This document shows positions 9,117-19,700 of a stretch of 64,000 nucleotides of DNA, one piece after another. The position numbers and the translations under genes are program-made. The number at the start of each line of letters is the position of its first letter. The first letter of the stretch is position 1. The notes beneath the pieces are model-generated. The model was not told the origin of the DNA. It searched no databases and worked only from the letters and a program-made list of their open reading frames with translations. Source of the stretch: Candidatus Latescibacterota bacterium (lineage in GTDB: Bacteria; Latescibacterota; UBA2968; GCA-2709665). The stretch spans positions 1,280,001 through 1,344,000 of the forward strand of contig CBDDDZ010000005.1 in the NCBI GenBank assembly GCA_965226795.1. The letters run 5' to 3'.

Positions 9117-10439
9117 TCAGTCCATCAGACGTGCATTGTATTGGCGGGGGCCGGCACGGTAACGGGAGTAGGCAATCGGATTCAACGGCGCGGGAGTGTA
9201 GATGTATACGGCGTCCGCCCACGGGTTGTACACCAGCAGATCCTCGCGTTCATCTCCGCAGAGGTTGGCGGGTACGGCGTGATACCAGCCCATTTTTTCG
9301 GGGCCGGCCGGAGGCGGCAGATCCGGAAGAACCACCGCGGGTTCTCCATTGCCATCGAAGAGGATGCCGCCGTTGTAAATCATTGCCGGCGCGTCGAATC
9401 CGTTCCAGTAGACCGTTTCAATACCCGTTTCGTTCGGCGATCGGTTGAGTCGAAAGCGACGGACAATCCGTCCACCATTGTCCGCCAGCAGAACGTCGGG
9501 ACGGTGCCCGAGGTAGCGAATGGCCATTTGAGGTGCGGGTTCGTCGGGCAGGTAGGTGGCCACGCGGACTTCCTGTCCGTGAGGGACGATTTCCTCCCCG
9601 AGGGCCAGAATAACGCCGCCGTCCATGTCCAGAACGTGTCCTCCGCCGGAACAGATGGCGCGCATCCTTCCGTCGTCCCACGGCTGAATGGATACGGAGT
9701 CCATATTAGGCGCAAGCTGGCGCTCCCATCGAGGCGCGCCGTCGGGATCGAGAATGAAATATCCGCCCAGGATTTCGTCGCGGCCGTCACCGTTCAGGTC
9801 GCCCACGGCTGGAATGTATGCGGAGCAGCGACCGTAGTCGTTCCACGGGATGGCGTAGTCCCACAACACGTCCAGGTTATGGTCGAATGCCAGGACCCGT
9901 TCACCCAGTTTGACCACGATATCCTGGGGAACGGCGGTGCCTCTGAAGTTGGCAATGAACAGGCGCTGATGAAACCAGTTGGCGCCCCAGCCGCGGCAGG
10001 CCTTTAGAATCTCCGGGCGGGATTCCTCTTTCAACGCTCCCGTCGCGCCGTCGCGTATCTGGACGGTGACATCCGCCATGGATTCTCGGGCGGTGATGCC
10101 GTCCGGGCGATGGAAGAAGCAGATCACCTCGCTCCGGCCGTCCGCGTCTACGTCGTGGATCGCCACGGAACAGGGTCGGAGGGGCTGGGCGCCGCCGCCG
10201 CCGTGCTGCCACAGAATCTCCCCGTCGAGCGTAAAGGCGCCCAGAAAACAGGGTTTGAGTTCGCTAGCCGTGTCGCAGCGGTAAACGAGCAGATCGGCCC
10301 GGCCGTCTCCGGTAAGGTCGCCCACCCGGATATCCCCTCCAAAACGTAGGTGCCGTCCTTCAATCTCCGTCCGGGTCAACAATGCGCGGGGAATCTCAAC
10401 TCGCCGGTAAAGAATGGCCGGTGCGGCGTCGGAGATCAT
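9117..10439 (-). CDS. FG-GAP/beta-propeller protein resembling rhamnogalacturonan lyase family 11
   Basis: Repeated Ca-binding loops GDLTGDGRAD, HDVDADGRSE, GDLNGDGRDE, NLCGDERED; AFTLDGEILW; QIRDGATG. Confidence 0.6.
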   Translation of the reverse strand: MISDAAPAILYRRVEIPRALLTRTEIEGRHLRFGGDIRVGDLTGDGRADLLVYRCDTASELKPCFLGAFTLDGEILWQHGGGGAQPLRPCSVAIHDVDADGRSEVICFFHRPDGITARESMADVTVQIRDGATGALKEESRPEILKACRGWGANWFHQRLFIANFRGTAVPQDIVVKLGERVLAFDHNLDVLWDYAIPWNDYGRCSAYIPAVGDLNGDGRDEILGGYFILDPDGAPRWERQLAPNMDSVSIQPWDDGRMRAICSGGGHVLDMDGGVILALGEEIVPHGQEVRVATYLPDEPAPQMAIRYLGHRPDVLLADNGGRIVRRFRLNRSPNETGIETVYWNGFDAPAMIYNGGILFDGNGEPAVVLPDLPPPAGPEKMGWYHAVPANLCGDEREDLLVYNPWADAVYIYTPAPLNPIAYSRYRAGPRQYNARLMD

Positions 10440-10514
10440 GTGAATCGCCGGCAGATAGCTGAGGAGAGGGTGGGCATGTCAGCATTTCCAACAGGGAAAG
10501 AAAGCGGCCGTCGG

Positions 10515-10820
10515 CTATTTCTGCCGGCTCGCTTCGTGCGCTCGCCGAAGTTTGACTACGCGTTCGAATCTTTCGGAGAGGCTTTCTCCCGGTCGGGAGA
10601 ACCGAAGCATGGTTTCGTGAGACATCACCATCATTGTGCCTAGCGTCGGATCGGGATATCGGCAGAAGCTGTGTTTGACTTCCTCTCCCGTAATACAACA
10701 GCGGGTTTCAAGAGGGAACTCGAAATCGCCGTCGAGTAGACTGCCGGACTTGGCTCCGGCTTCCGGCTCCGAATCGGCAGGCAGTTTGTAGTCGGGGTAG
10801 AACTGATCCTGTTCAGGCAT
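10515..10820 (-). CDS. Hypothetical protein (101 aa)
   Basis: AAGGAG RBS on the minus strand. No family recognised. Confidence 0.6.
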   Translation of the reverse strand: MPEQDQFYPDYKLPADSEPEAGAKSGSLLDGDFEFPLETRCCITGEEVKHSFCRYPDPTLGTMMVMSHETMLRFSRPGESLSERFERVVKLRRAHEASRQK

Positions 10821-10892
10821 CGGATATGGACTCCTTGAGAATAACGTTGCTTGTTGGCCGCCGGGTTTTCACTGACTCTGCAGGTGCGGTTA

Positions 10893-11041
10893 CCTGCCGC
10901 GTGCCGGGTCCGCCGGGTGCGTCTGGAGGGTACGGTACCCGTGGGTCCACGGTTGCGGAATCTTCAGGCCCACGGTGTACCTTTTGAACAACGGATGGTT
11001 CGCGCGTGCCGTAAGGCGCACCCACCCGGCCCTGGCGCAGG
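10893..11041 (-). ncRNA. Candidate structured RNA (rod-shaped, 6S-like or cis-regulatory leader)
   Basis: Five nested complementary segments form one long hairpin with a central bubble, immediately downstream of a minus-strand promoter. Confidence 0.4.
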
Positions 11042-11058
11042 AAAGAGAGCAGCAGAAA

Positions 11059-11088
11059 AATATAAACCGGAAGACCGCTGCTTGTCAA
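11059..11088 (-). promoter_or_regulatory. sigma70-type promoter
   Basis: Minus strand TTGACA (11088-11083), 18-bp spacer, TATATT (11064-11059). Confidence 0.55.
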
Positions 11089-11447
11089 CAGAAACAGACG
11101 AAATTCAGAGAACCGGGTGAAGATATCGCCGGGCGGGCCGGGCATCGAGGGCCGCGGCCGCAAGGCACGCCCGGGTGGTCAAGCCGGCGCTTTCGCGCGG
11201 GTCTGACTGGGATCGCGCGAATGCTTTGGGCTTGATTTCAGGGTTGGGAATTGCTTATTATCTTCCTGAATGCATTGTAGATCGTCCATATACCGGGCAA
11301 TGGTCGAGACGATATCAATTGAATTACCCCCGCATCGCCGGGGTGCCTGCAAGTCGGCCGTTCGCGCCAATCCGGATGGTGCGACGTCAATGTGAAGACC
11401 CGTTATGCTCCCGCAATTTAGTGAGATGCGTCAGTGTCGGAGGGTTC

Positions 11448-12968
11448 ATGGATGTTGAGATGCTGATCACCGGGTTTAAGGCGGCTTTGTTGATACTTTA
11501 TAGCGTGACGCTTGGTCTGCTGATGATCTTCAGCCTGCACCGGCACGTCATGGTGCGGCTATACTTCAAGAATCGGCACAAGCGTCCGTCGCCGGCCGGC
11601 CGGTTCGAGGAATTGCCGCGAGTGACGGTACAGTTGCCGGTTTACAACGAACTGTACGTGGTGGAGCGGCTGATCCGGGCGGTGGCGGACGTCGACTATC
11701 CGCGGGACCGCCTGGAGATTCAGGTCCTGGACGATTCGACGGACGAGACTACCGATGTGGCAAAGCGTTGCGTGGCGGAGTTGAGGGAGGCCGGGCACGA
11801 TATCGTCTGTCTGCATCGAACGGAACGAACGGGCTTTAAGGCGGGCGCTCTTGCCGAAGGTTTGCGGGTTGCCAGCGGCGAATACGTGGCGGTATTCGAC
11901 GCCGATTTTTTACCGCCCAGAGAATTCCTCTGGAAGACGATTCATTATTTCACCGATGGGGGTGTGGGCCTGGTGCAGGCAAGGTGGGGCCATCTGAACC
12001 GCGATTATTCTTTGCTGACGCAGGTGCAGGCGATTTTCCTCGACGGTCATTTCATGATGGAACACGGCGCCCGCAGCAGATCGGGCCTGTTTTTCAATTT
12101 CAACGGCACGGCCGGCATATGGCGCAGGCAAAGTATCGACGATGCGGGAGGATGGGAAAACGACACCCTTACCGAAGATCTCGATCTGAGCTATCGGGCG
12201 CAGCTGGCCGGATGGCGCTTTCTGTTTCTGGACGACCTGGCTGCGCCGGCCGAGTTGCCCGTGGAGATGAACGCCTGGAAAACCCAGCAGTTCCGGTGGT
12301 CCAAGGGCTCTGCGCAGACGGCGCGTAAACTGGTGGGGCGTGTCCTGCGCGCGCGTTTGCCGTGGCGGGTGAAGCTCGAGGCGCTGATCCATTTAAATGG
12401 GAATTTCGCTTATCTGTTGATGGCCATGCTGGCGGCGCTGATCTTTCCGGCGGTGCTCGCCCGGCTGGATCTGGGGTGGTACCGCGTTGTTTTCGTGGAT
12501 CTGCCGTTGTTTGTCTCCGCGACGGGGGCGGTATCCCGGTTTTATATCTACTCGCAGAAGGAACTCTATCAGGACTGGAGGTGTCGAATCAAGTACATGC
12601 CCTGCGTGCTTGCCGCCGGTATGGGGATATCGTTCAACAATGCCTGGGCGGTGCTCGAGGCTCTGGCGGGCTACCAGACGGAGTTTCTGCGAACGCCGAA
12701 ATACCAGGTTGTAAGCCGCCGGGATACCTGGCGTGGCAAGCGATACACCGTGCGGAAAAATGCGCTGTCAGTAGTCGAACTCGGTGTCGGGTTTTATTTT
12801 CTGTGGGTAATCGGATTCGCGATCGCTAACGGGATATACTTTCCGGTTCCATTTATCGCTCTGTTCAGCCTGGGTTTCTTCTACGTGGGATGGATGTCGC
12901 TGTTCCAGGGGCGTTTTCAACGCTTGCGTGCTGCATTTTCTAGAACGGAGGCGCCCGCGGCGGATTGA
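11448..12968 (+). CDS. Processive GT2 glycosyltransferase (cellulose synthase-like, CslA-type)
   Basis: VQLPVYNE, DDSTD, KAGAL, FDADF, LTEDLD and QQFRW give the D,D,D,QxxRW signature. N- and C-terminal TM helices. GGAGG RBS. Confidence 0.88.
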   Translation: MDVEMLITGFKAALLILYSVTLGLLMIFSLHRHVMVRLYFKNRHKRPSPAGRFEELPRVTVQLPVYNELYVVERLIRAVADVDYPRDRLEIQVLDDSTDETTDVAKRCVAELREAGHDIVCLHRTERTGFKAGALAEGLRVASGEYVAVFDADFLPPREFLWKTIHYFTDGGVGLVQARWGHLNRDYSLLTQVQAIFLDGHFMMEHGARSRSGLFFNFNGTAGIWRRQSIDDAGGWENDTLTEDLDLSYRAQLAGWRFLFLDDLAAPAELPVEMNAWKTQQFRWSKGSAQTARKLVGRVLRARLPWRVKLEALIHLNGNFAYLLMAMLAALIFPAVLARLDLGWYRVVFVDLPLFVSATGAVSRFYIYSQKELYQDWRCRIKYMPCVLAAGMGISFNNAWAVLEALAGYQTEFLRTPKYQVVSRRDTWRGKRYTVRKNALSVVELGVGFYFLWVIGFAIANGIYFPVPFIALFSLGFFYVGWMSLFQGRFQRLRAAFSRTEAPAAD

Positions 12969-13030
12969 GACCGCGGTCGCGTTTATGGGTTAAAGCTGGT
13001 TTTCGCCATTTTCCCGCGGAAAGGTTATCG

Positions 13031-13064
13031 GGCCCGGCAAGGCTGCCGCCGGGCCTTTGTTCTT
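13031..13064 (+). terminator. Rho-independent terminator
   Basis: GGCCCGGC / GCCGGGCC stem followed by TTTGTTCTT. Confidence 0.6.
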
Positions 13065-13247
13065 GCCAGGCCGCCATCGGAAGGCGATGAGACGCCAGCG
13101 TACAGCTGGCGAACCCGGAATTTCGGTCGACCGCCCGTTTTGTCTGGCACGGCCATGCGGGTCGTTCGGGGCATTGTTCTTGTTTATAGCCCGGGTTCCA
13201 CTATATTTATTGCACGCTGAACACCTGGTACCCGTGTGGAATTCTCT

Positions 13248-14144
13248 ATGGCGGCGCGTATCGGACGCATTTTCGCCAATCGTTATACCCTCGCGTATGG
13301 TGCGGCCCTGGTCGTGCATCTGCTGTTCTTTGTCTTCTACGTGCCTCTTCTGAGCCTTGTACCCCAACCGCGGAACGAGGTAACGGCACACGAGTCCATG
13401 CCGATGTCTTTCGAATTCGTCGAGTTGCCCCGCCCGGTAGCGGACGAGCCGCCGCCGGAAGCGACAACGCTGCGGTCAAACCGGGTCTCGCGGGCGAAGG
13501 ACCTCCACGACGCGCCTCTGCCGGAATCGTATCTGCCCTATGCCGAGGGCCTGGTGCAATCTCCCGCACAGCCCCGGTCTGACGTCGGACAGCAGGGCGA
13601 AGGGGGAGAGCGGGGAAAGGCCGACGCCGGGACCGAAGTCGATCAGAACAGACGTGCCGACGCGGCAAACGAGGTGGTTTCGACGGATTTCGCGTCGTTG
13701 TCGAAGCAGCGAAAAACGTGGATCCCGCAGCAACCGAAGAGCGCACTGTTCGGACGTCCCGACGCGCCCGGCGTCCTGCCGATGAAGAACCTGCAGAGTC
13801 ACGCCCTCGAACAGGGCGGTTTGCAGCTGAGTACGTATAACTGGGAATTCGCGCCGTATCTGGCATATCTCAAACGCCACATTGGAGACCATATCCATCC
13901 GCCGGCTGCGTTTACGCAATTCGGGCTTATCCAGGGTCAGACACGGCTGAAATTCAGAATTTCGCCGGATGGCAGACTCGCGGATCTGGAAGTAATCGAC
14001 TTCGACGGCAGCCCGTACCTGCGGGATACCAGCACACGCGCGGTAGAACTGTCGGCCAATTTCAAACCTCTGCCGGCGCACTTTCCGGAAGACTATCTGG
14101 AAATTACCGCCCTGTTCCACTATCTGCTACTGGAATCGCAATAA
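13248..14144 (+). CDS. TonB/TolA-like energy transducer
   Basis: N-terminal TM with His (ALVVHLL), Pro-rich linker, and a C-domain YLAYLKRHI...LKFRISPDG...FKPLP. Followed by exbB/exbD. Confidence 0.75.
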   Translation: MAARIGRIFANRYTLAYGAALVVHLLFFVFYVPLLSLVPQPRNEVTAHESMPMSFEFVELPRPVADEPPPEATTLRSNRVSRAKDLHDAPLPESYLPYAEGLVQSPAQPRSDVGQQGEGGERGKADAGTEVDQNRRADAANEVVSTDFASLSKQRKTWIPQQPKSALFGRPDAPGVLPMKNLQSHALEQGGLQLSTYNWEFAPYLAYLKRHIGDHIHPPAAFTQFGLIQGQTRLKFRISPDGRLADLEVIDFDGSPYLRDTSTRAVELSANFKPLPAHFPEDYLEITALFHYLLLESQ

Positions 14145-14159
14145 CACGGGAGCCGTCGC

Positions 14160-14786
14160 ATGGGATGGGAGCTGTTTGTGCAGGGGGGGCTGATGATGTA
14201 TCCCCTTTCTCTATGTTCAATTCTTACGCTGGCTATTACGCTGGAGCGGGCGTTCAATCTGCGGCGCCACAGGATCATTCGCGGAGAGATTGTCAGCGTG
14301 ATCGAGAACATAAGGCGCCCGGAGGACATCGGCCTGGCGGTGTCGGTATGCAACCAGCACGAAGGACCGTTCGCGCAGGTTGTTCGCGCGGGCCTCGACA
14401 ACCGGCACCTGCCTCCGGATGAGATAAAGGAAAGCATTGTGGACCAGGGCCGGCAGGAAATGGGGAAGATGCAGAAGGGGATCGTTGTTCTGGAGACCGT
14501 TGCGAGCGTGTCTCCTTTATTGGGTTTGCTGGGTACGGTTCTGGGGATGATCAAGGTGTTTCGTGAGATTTCGGAAGTGGGCGTGGGGCAGGGCAACCTG
14601 CTTGCAGGCGGTATCGCTGAAGCGATCCTGACAACCGGTGCCGGGCTGTTTATCGCGATTCCCTCACTGGTATTTTTCAATTATTTCAGCAGCAAGGCAG
14701 AGAGTCTGGTACTGGAGATCGAGAAATATTCCAATGCACTACTGAAAAAGCTGCGGGGTTTCCAGGTGCCTGGACCGGACGAATAA
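14160..14786 (+). CDS. exbB: MotA/TolQ/ExbB proton channel
   Basis: GGLMMYPL, PLLGLLGTVLGMI, GGIAEAILTTGAGL.IAIP. Confidence 0.92.
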   Translation: MGWELFVQGGLMMYPLSLCSILTLAITLERAFNLRRHRIIRGEIVSVIENIRRPEDIGLAVSVCNQHEGPFAQVVRAGLDNRHLPPDEIKESIVDQGRQEMGKMQKGIVVLETVASVSPLLGLLGTVLGMIKVFREISEVGVGQGNLLAGGIAEAILTTGAGLFIAIPSLVFFNYFSSKAESLVLEIEKYSNALLKKLRGFQVPGPDE

Positions 14787-14797
14787 AGGGCGGTAAA

Positions 14798-15211
14798 ATG
14801 CAGTTGTTTCAGAAGCCGAAGCGGCGGCCGTACATCAATATCACGTCATTGATCGACGTTCTGTTTCTGCTGCTGACGTTCTTCCTGGTCACGACATCTT
14901 TCATCGAGCAGTCGGCGCTCAAGGTGGAACTGCCGTCGATGGAACACGTGGACCGGGTTCAGCATCCGAAGCGCTTTGTACTGGATATGGCTCCGGACGG
15001 TGAGATACACTATGACGGCGAGCCCGTCGAACGGGCCGCGTTGGGCGCCCGGTTGCAGTCGGCTTCGAATGAAATCAACGACCGTGGCGGCCTTGTGTTG
15101 CGGGCCGATCGGAACCTTCCCCATGGCGAGGTGATGAGCGTTCTGGACATTATCCGGGGGGCAGGGATCAGGCGTTTCGTTATCGCGACCGTTACGTCCG
15201 GACCTGGATGA
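14798..15211 (+). CDS. exbD: Biopolymer transport protein ExbD/TolR
   Basis: INITSLIDVLFLLLTFF, LRADRNLPHGEVMSVLD. Confidence 0.92.
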   Translation: MQLFQKPKRRPYINITSLIDVLFLLLTFFLVTTSFIEQSALKVELPSMEHVDRVQHPKRFVLDMAPDGEIHYDGEPVERAALGARLQSASNEINDRGGLVLRADRNLPHGEVMSVLDIIRGAGIRRFVIATVTSGPG

Positions 15212-15433
15212 AAATCTCCGACTCCGGTATCCCGGAATGCGGCGCTAATTCGCTCTGGAAGCGTATCTTGCGATGATCAGAAATGGTCATACTCTAACCC
15301 GCTCGCTCGTGCCCCGCAGTGCCGGACATCCGGCCGTGCGAACGTGGATAAAATACCCATGAATCCTGTCGTTATATTGTATACATTGTAAGTAACCAAT
15401 TACTTGCCAGGACCAGGTTCCGCAGGGGGATGC

Positions 15434-16771
15434 ATGTTCAGAATTCAACAATTCGTCATCATTGGCATTATTGCGGTTCTATGGGGTTGCGGGGAGGGTG
15501 AACGTGGATCCGCCCGTCGCGGCCAACAGCGCAGTGGCGCGGCTGTACCGGTAAGGGTGGAGCCGGTGAATCGCCGCGACATTTCGAGTTATATTCTGGC
15601 GAATGAAAAGCTGGAGGCGTTTCTGTGGGTCGACGTGCGTTCCAGGACGTCCGGCCAGGTCGTGGCGATTCACCGGGAAGAGGGTGACCCCGTCGCGGTG
15701 GGCACGGTGCTGGCGCGGCTGGATTCGGCGGCGGCGCTGTTGCAGGTCCACCGAATGGAAGTGGCCTACCACGACGCGCGTCGTGTCTTCGAGCGAGACG
15801 AAAAACTGTTCAAGCGGGACCTCCTGAGCAAAGAGAGGTATGAGAATTCAAAGGGGCAGATGGACCGCGCGCATACCGAGTTGGAACAGGCGAAGCTGAA
15901 TCTGAGCTATACCACCATTGCTTCGCCTCTGCACGGCACGCTGACCATTCGTAGCGTCGAGATAGGAAACAGGGTAACCGCCAATCAGGCGGTGTTCTCG
16001 GTGGCGGACTTCGACCCGCTGCTTGCACGTATCCGGATTCCGGAAAAGTACATGGGCAAAGTGGCGATCGGACAGGGCGCGAAAGTCACGGTGGAGTCCG
16101 CTCCGGGTCGGGTGTTTCGCGGTGTTGTGAAGATGATCAGCCCGGTGGTGGATCCGGAAAGTGGAACCATCAAAGTCACCGTACAGATTCCTGGAGGCGG
16201 AAACGGTATCCTCCGGCCCGGCATGTTCGCATCGGTACACATCATTACCGAGGTGCACCGAAACACACTTGTGATTCCCAAGAAGGCGCTCGTCCTGGAG
16301 GGAGAAGGGAATCACGTGTTTGTATATGAACGGGACGGCGAACGCGGCGCGGGCAAGGCGGTTCGCCGGAAAGTCGGCATGGGGTTTGACGACAACGAAC
16401 ACCTGGAGATTCTGAGCGGCCTGTCGGAAGGGGAACATGTCATTACCGTTGGTCACGAAGGCCTGCGCCCTGGGACGGCGGTGCGCCTGGTGGGCGAGGG
16501 GGTTGCTGAGGAATCGGCGGCAGCGGAGCAGGGGAGCGGGTTCGCAGGGCAGGGAGGCCAGGGCGGCATTCAAAGTGATGGCGCCGATAACGGTGAGCTC
16601 AAGGCAATAAAGGAACGGATGTTCGCGCGGTTTCCCGATCTGAAGAAAGCATATGACGCACGTGTTAAAAGAGAACCTGATCTTGCGACCAGTAGTGAAA
16701 AGTGGCGTGCATTTATGGGTGAAATGCGCCGGAAGGGTATCCTGCCGGCCGGCGGCGGGAGACCCCGATGA
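15434..16771 (+). CDS. RND efflux periplasmic adaptor (MFP), lipoprotein
   Basis: Lipobox LWGC, EGDPV..G..LARLD, TIASPLHG, ISPVVDPESGT, LRPGMF, GLSEGE.V. Confidence 0.9.
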   Translation: MFRIQQFVIIGIIAVLWGCGEGERGSARRGQQRSGAAVPVRVEPVNRRDISSYILANEKLEAFLWVDVRSRTSGQVVAIHREEGDPVAVGTVLARLDSAAALLQVHRMEVAYHDARRVFERDEKLFKRDLLSKERYENSKGQMDRAHTELEQAKLNLSYTTIASPLHGTLTIRSVEIGNRVTANQAVFSVADFDPLLARIRIPEKYMGKVAIGQGAKVTVESAPGRVFRGVVKMISPVVDPESGTIKVTVQIPGGGNGILRPGMFASVHIITEVHRNTLVIPKKALVLEGEGNHVFVYERDGERGAGKAVRRKVGMGFDDNEHLEILSGLSEGEHVITVGHEGLRPGTAVRLVGEGVAEESAAAEQGSGFAGQGGQGGIQSDGADNGELKAIKERMFARFPDLKKAYDARVKREPDLATSSEKWRAFMGEMRRKGILPAGGGRPR

Positions 16772-19700
16772 AGCTGATTGAGTTTTCGACCCGCCGTCGG
16801 GTCACGGTAACCATGTTTGTCGTTGCGGCCGTGATTTTCGGTCTGGTTGCGTTCCGGCGGCTTTCTATCAATCTGCTTCCTGATATCACGTATCCCACAC
16901 TGACTGTACGGACCGAATACGAAGGCACGGCGCCGTCGGAATTGGAACGCCTGGTAACGGAACCCGTGGAGGGGGCGGTGGGGGTGGTGACAAATGTAGT
17001 CCGGGTGAGTTCCACGTCACGGCCGGGTGTGTCCGAGGTGGTGGTGGAGTTTTCCTGGGGTACGGACATGGACTTCGCATCTCTCGACATCAGAGAGAAA
17101 CTGGACAGGTTGCAACTTCCGCAGGGGGCGGAAAAACCGGTCTTGCTGCGTTTTGACCCTTCTCTGGATCCGATTATGCGGATTGGGCTCTACGGGCAGG
17201 AGAGCCTGGTCGCCCTTCGTCTATTGGCCGAGGAACATTTCAAGCTGGATCTGGAAAGCCTCGAGGGAGTCGCCGCGGCGCGCGTAAACGGAGGGCTTGA
17301 AGAGGAAATACATATAGAACTGGATGAACCCAGGCTGGCGTCGCTGCGCATCCCGATTCAACAGGTCGTGGGACGCCTGGGTCAGGAGAATGTGAATTTG
17401 ACCGGAGGGCAACTCAAAGATGGCGAGGCGGAGTACGTGGTGCGCACCGTCAATGAGTTTCGTTCGGTACAGGAGATTCAGGACATCGTTGTGGGCGAAC
17501 GGCAGGGCGCCGCGATTGTCCTCTCCGACGTGGGCCGCGTCTTTCGGGGACACAAAGAACGTAAGGTGATTAACCGAATCAATGGTCGCGAGAGCGTGGA
17601 ACTGGCCGTCTACAAGGAGGGCGATGCCAACACCGTGACTGTCGCTGACCATATCACCGAGGCGTTGCAGCGTTTTCAGATAGAGGCTGGTGCGTTGCCG
17701 GGCGGCGCGCAAATAGAGGTGGTTTTCAGCCAGGCGACGTTTATCAGGGCGTCTGTCGCGGAGGTGCTCAACACGGCGATAATGGGGGGCGTGCTGGCGG
17801 TGGTCGTGCTTTATCTGTTTCTGGGCAACCCCGGAAGTACTGCGATTATCAGCCTATCCATTCCGATTTCCGTCGTATCCACATTTCTGCTCATGTTCAG
17901 TTCGGATGTCAGCCTGAATATCATGTCCCTGGGCGGGCTGGCGCTGGGCATCGGGATGCTGGTGGACAACTCCATTGTCGTTCTGGAAAACGTTCAGCGG
18001 TATCGCGAGGAGGGTTTGTCTTCGCTCGAAGCGACTGTGACGGGGGCCAGCGAAGTGGGGAAAGCGGTGGTGGCTTCCACCCTGACCACGATCTGTGTAT
18101 TTGTGCCCATCGTTTTTGTTGAAGGGATCGCTGGTCAGTTGTTCCGAGACCAGGCGTTGACCGTGACGTTCTCCCTGGTGGCTTCGCTGCTGGTCGCGCT
18201 GACCCTGATTCCAATGCTGGCGTCCTTTGACTTTGGCCGGAGCGACGGGGCGGCCGGCGCGGAGCGTCGCCGCCTGCGGCCCCATTCTACCCTGGGCCTT
18301 GCAAAGGGGATCGGTGTCGTCCTGCGCGCAGGATGGGCGTTGGGCAAAGGGGTGGTCGCCCTCCTTTACCCGGTTTTCTGGCTCTTCGAACTGATAATGG
18401 GCAGCACGTATCGATTCTATCCCCGGGTGATCGGCTGGGCGCTGCGACATCGCGCCGCCGTACTCCTTGTCGCGTTTGCGCTTGCGGGGGTATCCGGGTT
18501 GCTTGTCGGCTTCCTGGGAAGCGAGTTGATTCCGGAGATGAGCCAGGGTGAATTCAACATCTCGGTAAAGATGCCGGTGGGTACACCGCTCGTCACTACC
18601 GAACGGACAATACGTGACATGGAACGGATCGTTCAGGCTCAGCCCGAGGTGAAACTGGTTTATAGTGCCGTTGGCTTGAGCGGGTCTTCCGACGGGTCGG
18701 CAGGAGAGGAGCGTGAAAACGTCGGCCAGATTAAGGTGGCGCTCAAAGAGGGTATCATTAGGGCCAGGGAAGACGCGGTGATGGATCGATTGAGGCAGGA
18801 GTTCCGAGGCATACCCGCAGCGGAGTGCAAATTCGCCCGTCCCTCGTTTTTTACGTCCAGGACCCCAGTCGAGGTCGAGATTTCCGGATATAATCTGAGT
18901 ACCCTGAGGACGTTGTCCGACGAGCTTGCACGCAGATTGGAGGACGTTTCGGGGCTTGTCGACGTGAAGACAAGCGCCGAGGGCGGCAATCCCGAGGTGC
19001 AGATCCGCTTCAATCGAAAGTGGGTCGCGCAGATGGGGACAAACATCAACGAGATCGGAAGGCTCGTAAGAAACAAGATCCAGGGTGAGGTGGCTACGGA
19101 GTTTGCTCAGGGCGACAGGAAGGTGGATATTCGCGTGCGTGCGGATGAGCAGTACCGGAGCACGGTGGAGGATCTCAAACGTCTCATTGTGAGTCCGGCC
19201 GGTGCTTCAGTGCCAATTCCCCTTGCCGTAGTTGCCGATCTGTCCGTTAAAATGGGGCCCGCCGAGATCCTGCGGGTGGACCAGGAACGAGTGGCGGTTG
19301 TTTCCGCGAACCTCGAAGGACGCAGCCTGAGCGAGGTGGTGGACGATATTGAGTCCGTGATACGGGACATTGACTTTCCCCCCGACTATCATGTCAAGAT
19401 CGGTGGTCAGAACGAAGAGCGTAAGCGGTCATTCGAAAGTATGCGGCTGGCCATTCTGCTGGCGGTATTCCTGGTCTACCTCGTAATGGCTTCCCAGTTC
19501 GAATCCTTGATCCATCCCTTTGTAATAATGTTTTCAATTCCATTCGGCCTGGTCGGTGTGGTCTGGATGCTATTGGTTACCGGTCAGACGGTGAGCGTGG
19601 TGGTGTTGATCGGGCTGATTATGCTGGCGGGTATCGTCGTGAATAACGCGATTGTGCTGATCGACTACATCAACGTCCTGCGTCGGGAGCGCGGAATGGG

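Noticed and set aside
9009..10007. 332-aa + strand ORF
   Set aside because: It is antisense to the FG-GAP protein, which carries clear repeated motifs.
13143..13160. TGGCACGGCCATGC as a sigma54 promoter for tonB
   Set aside because: GG-to-GC spacing is 9 nt, not the strict 10.
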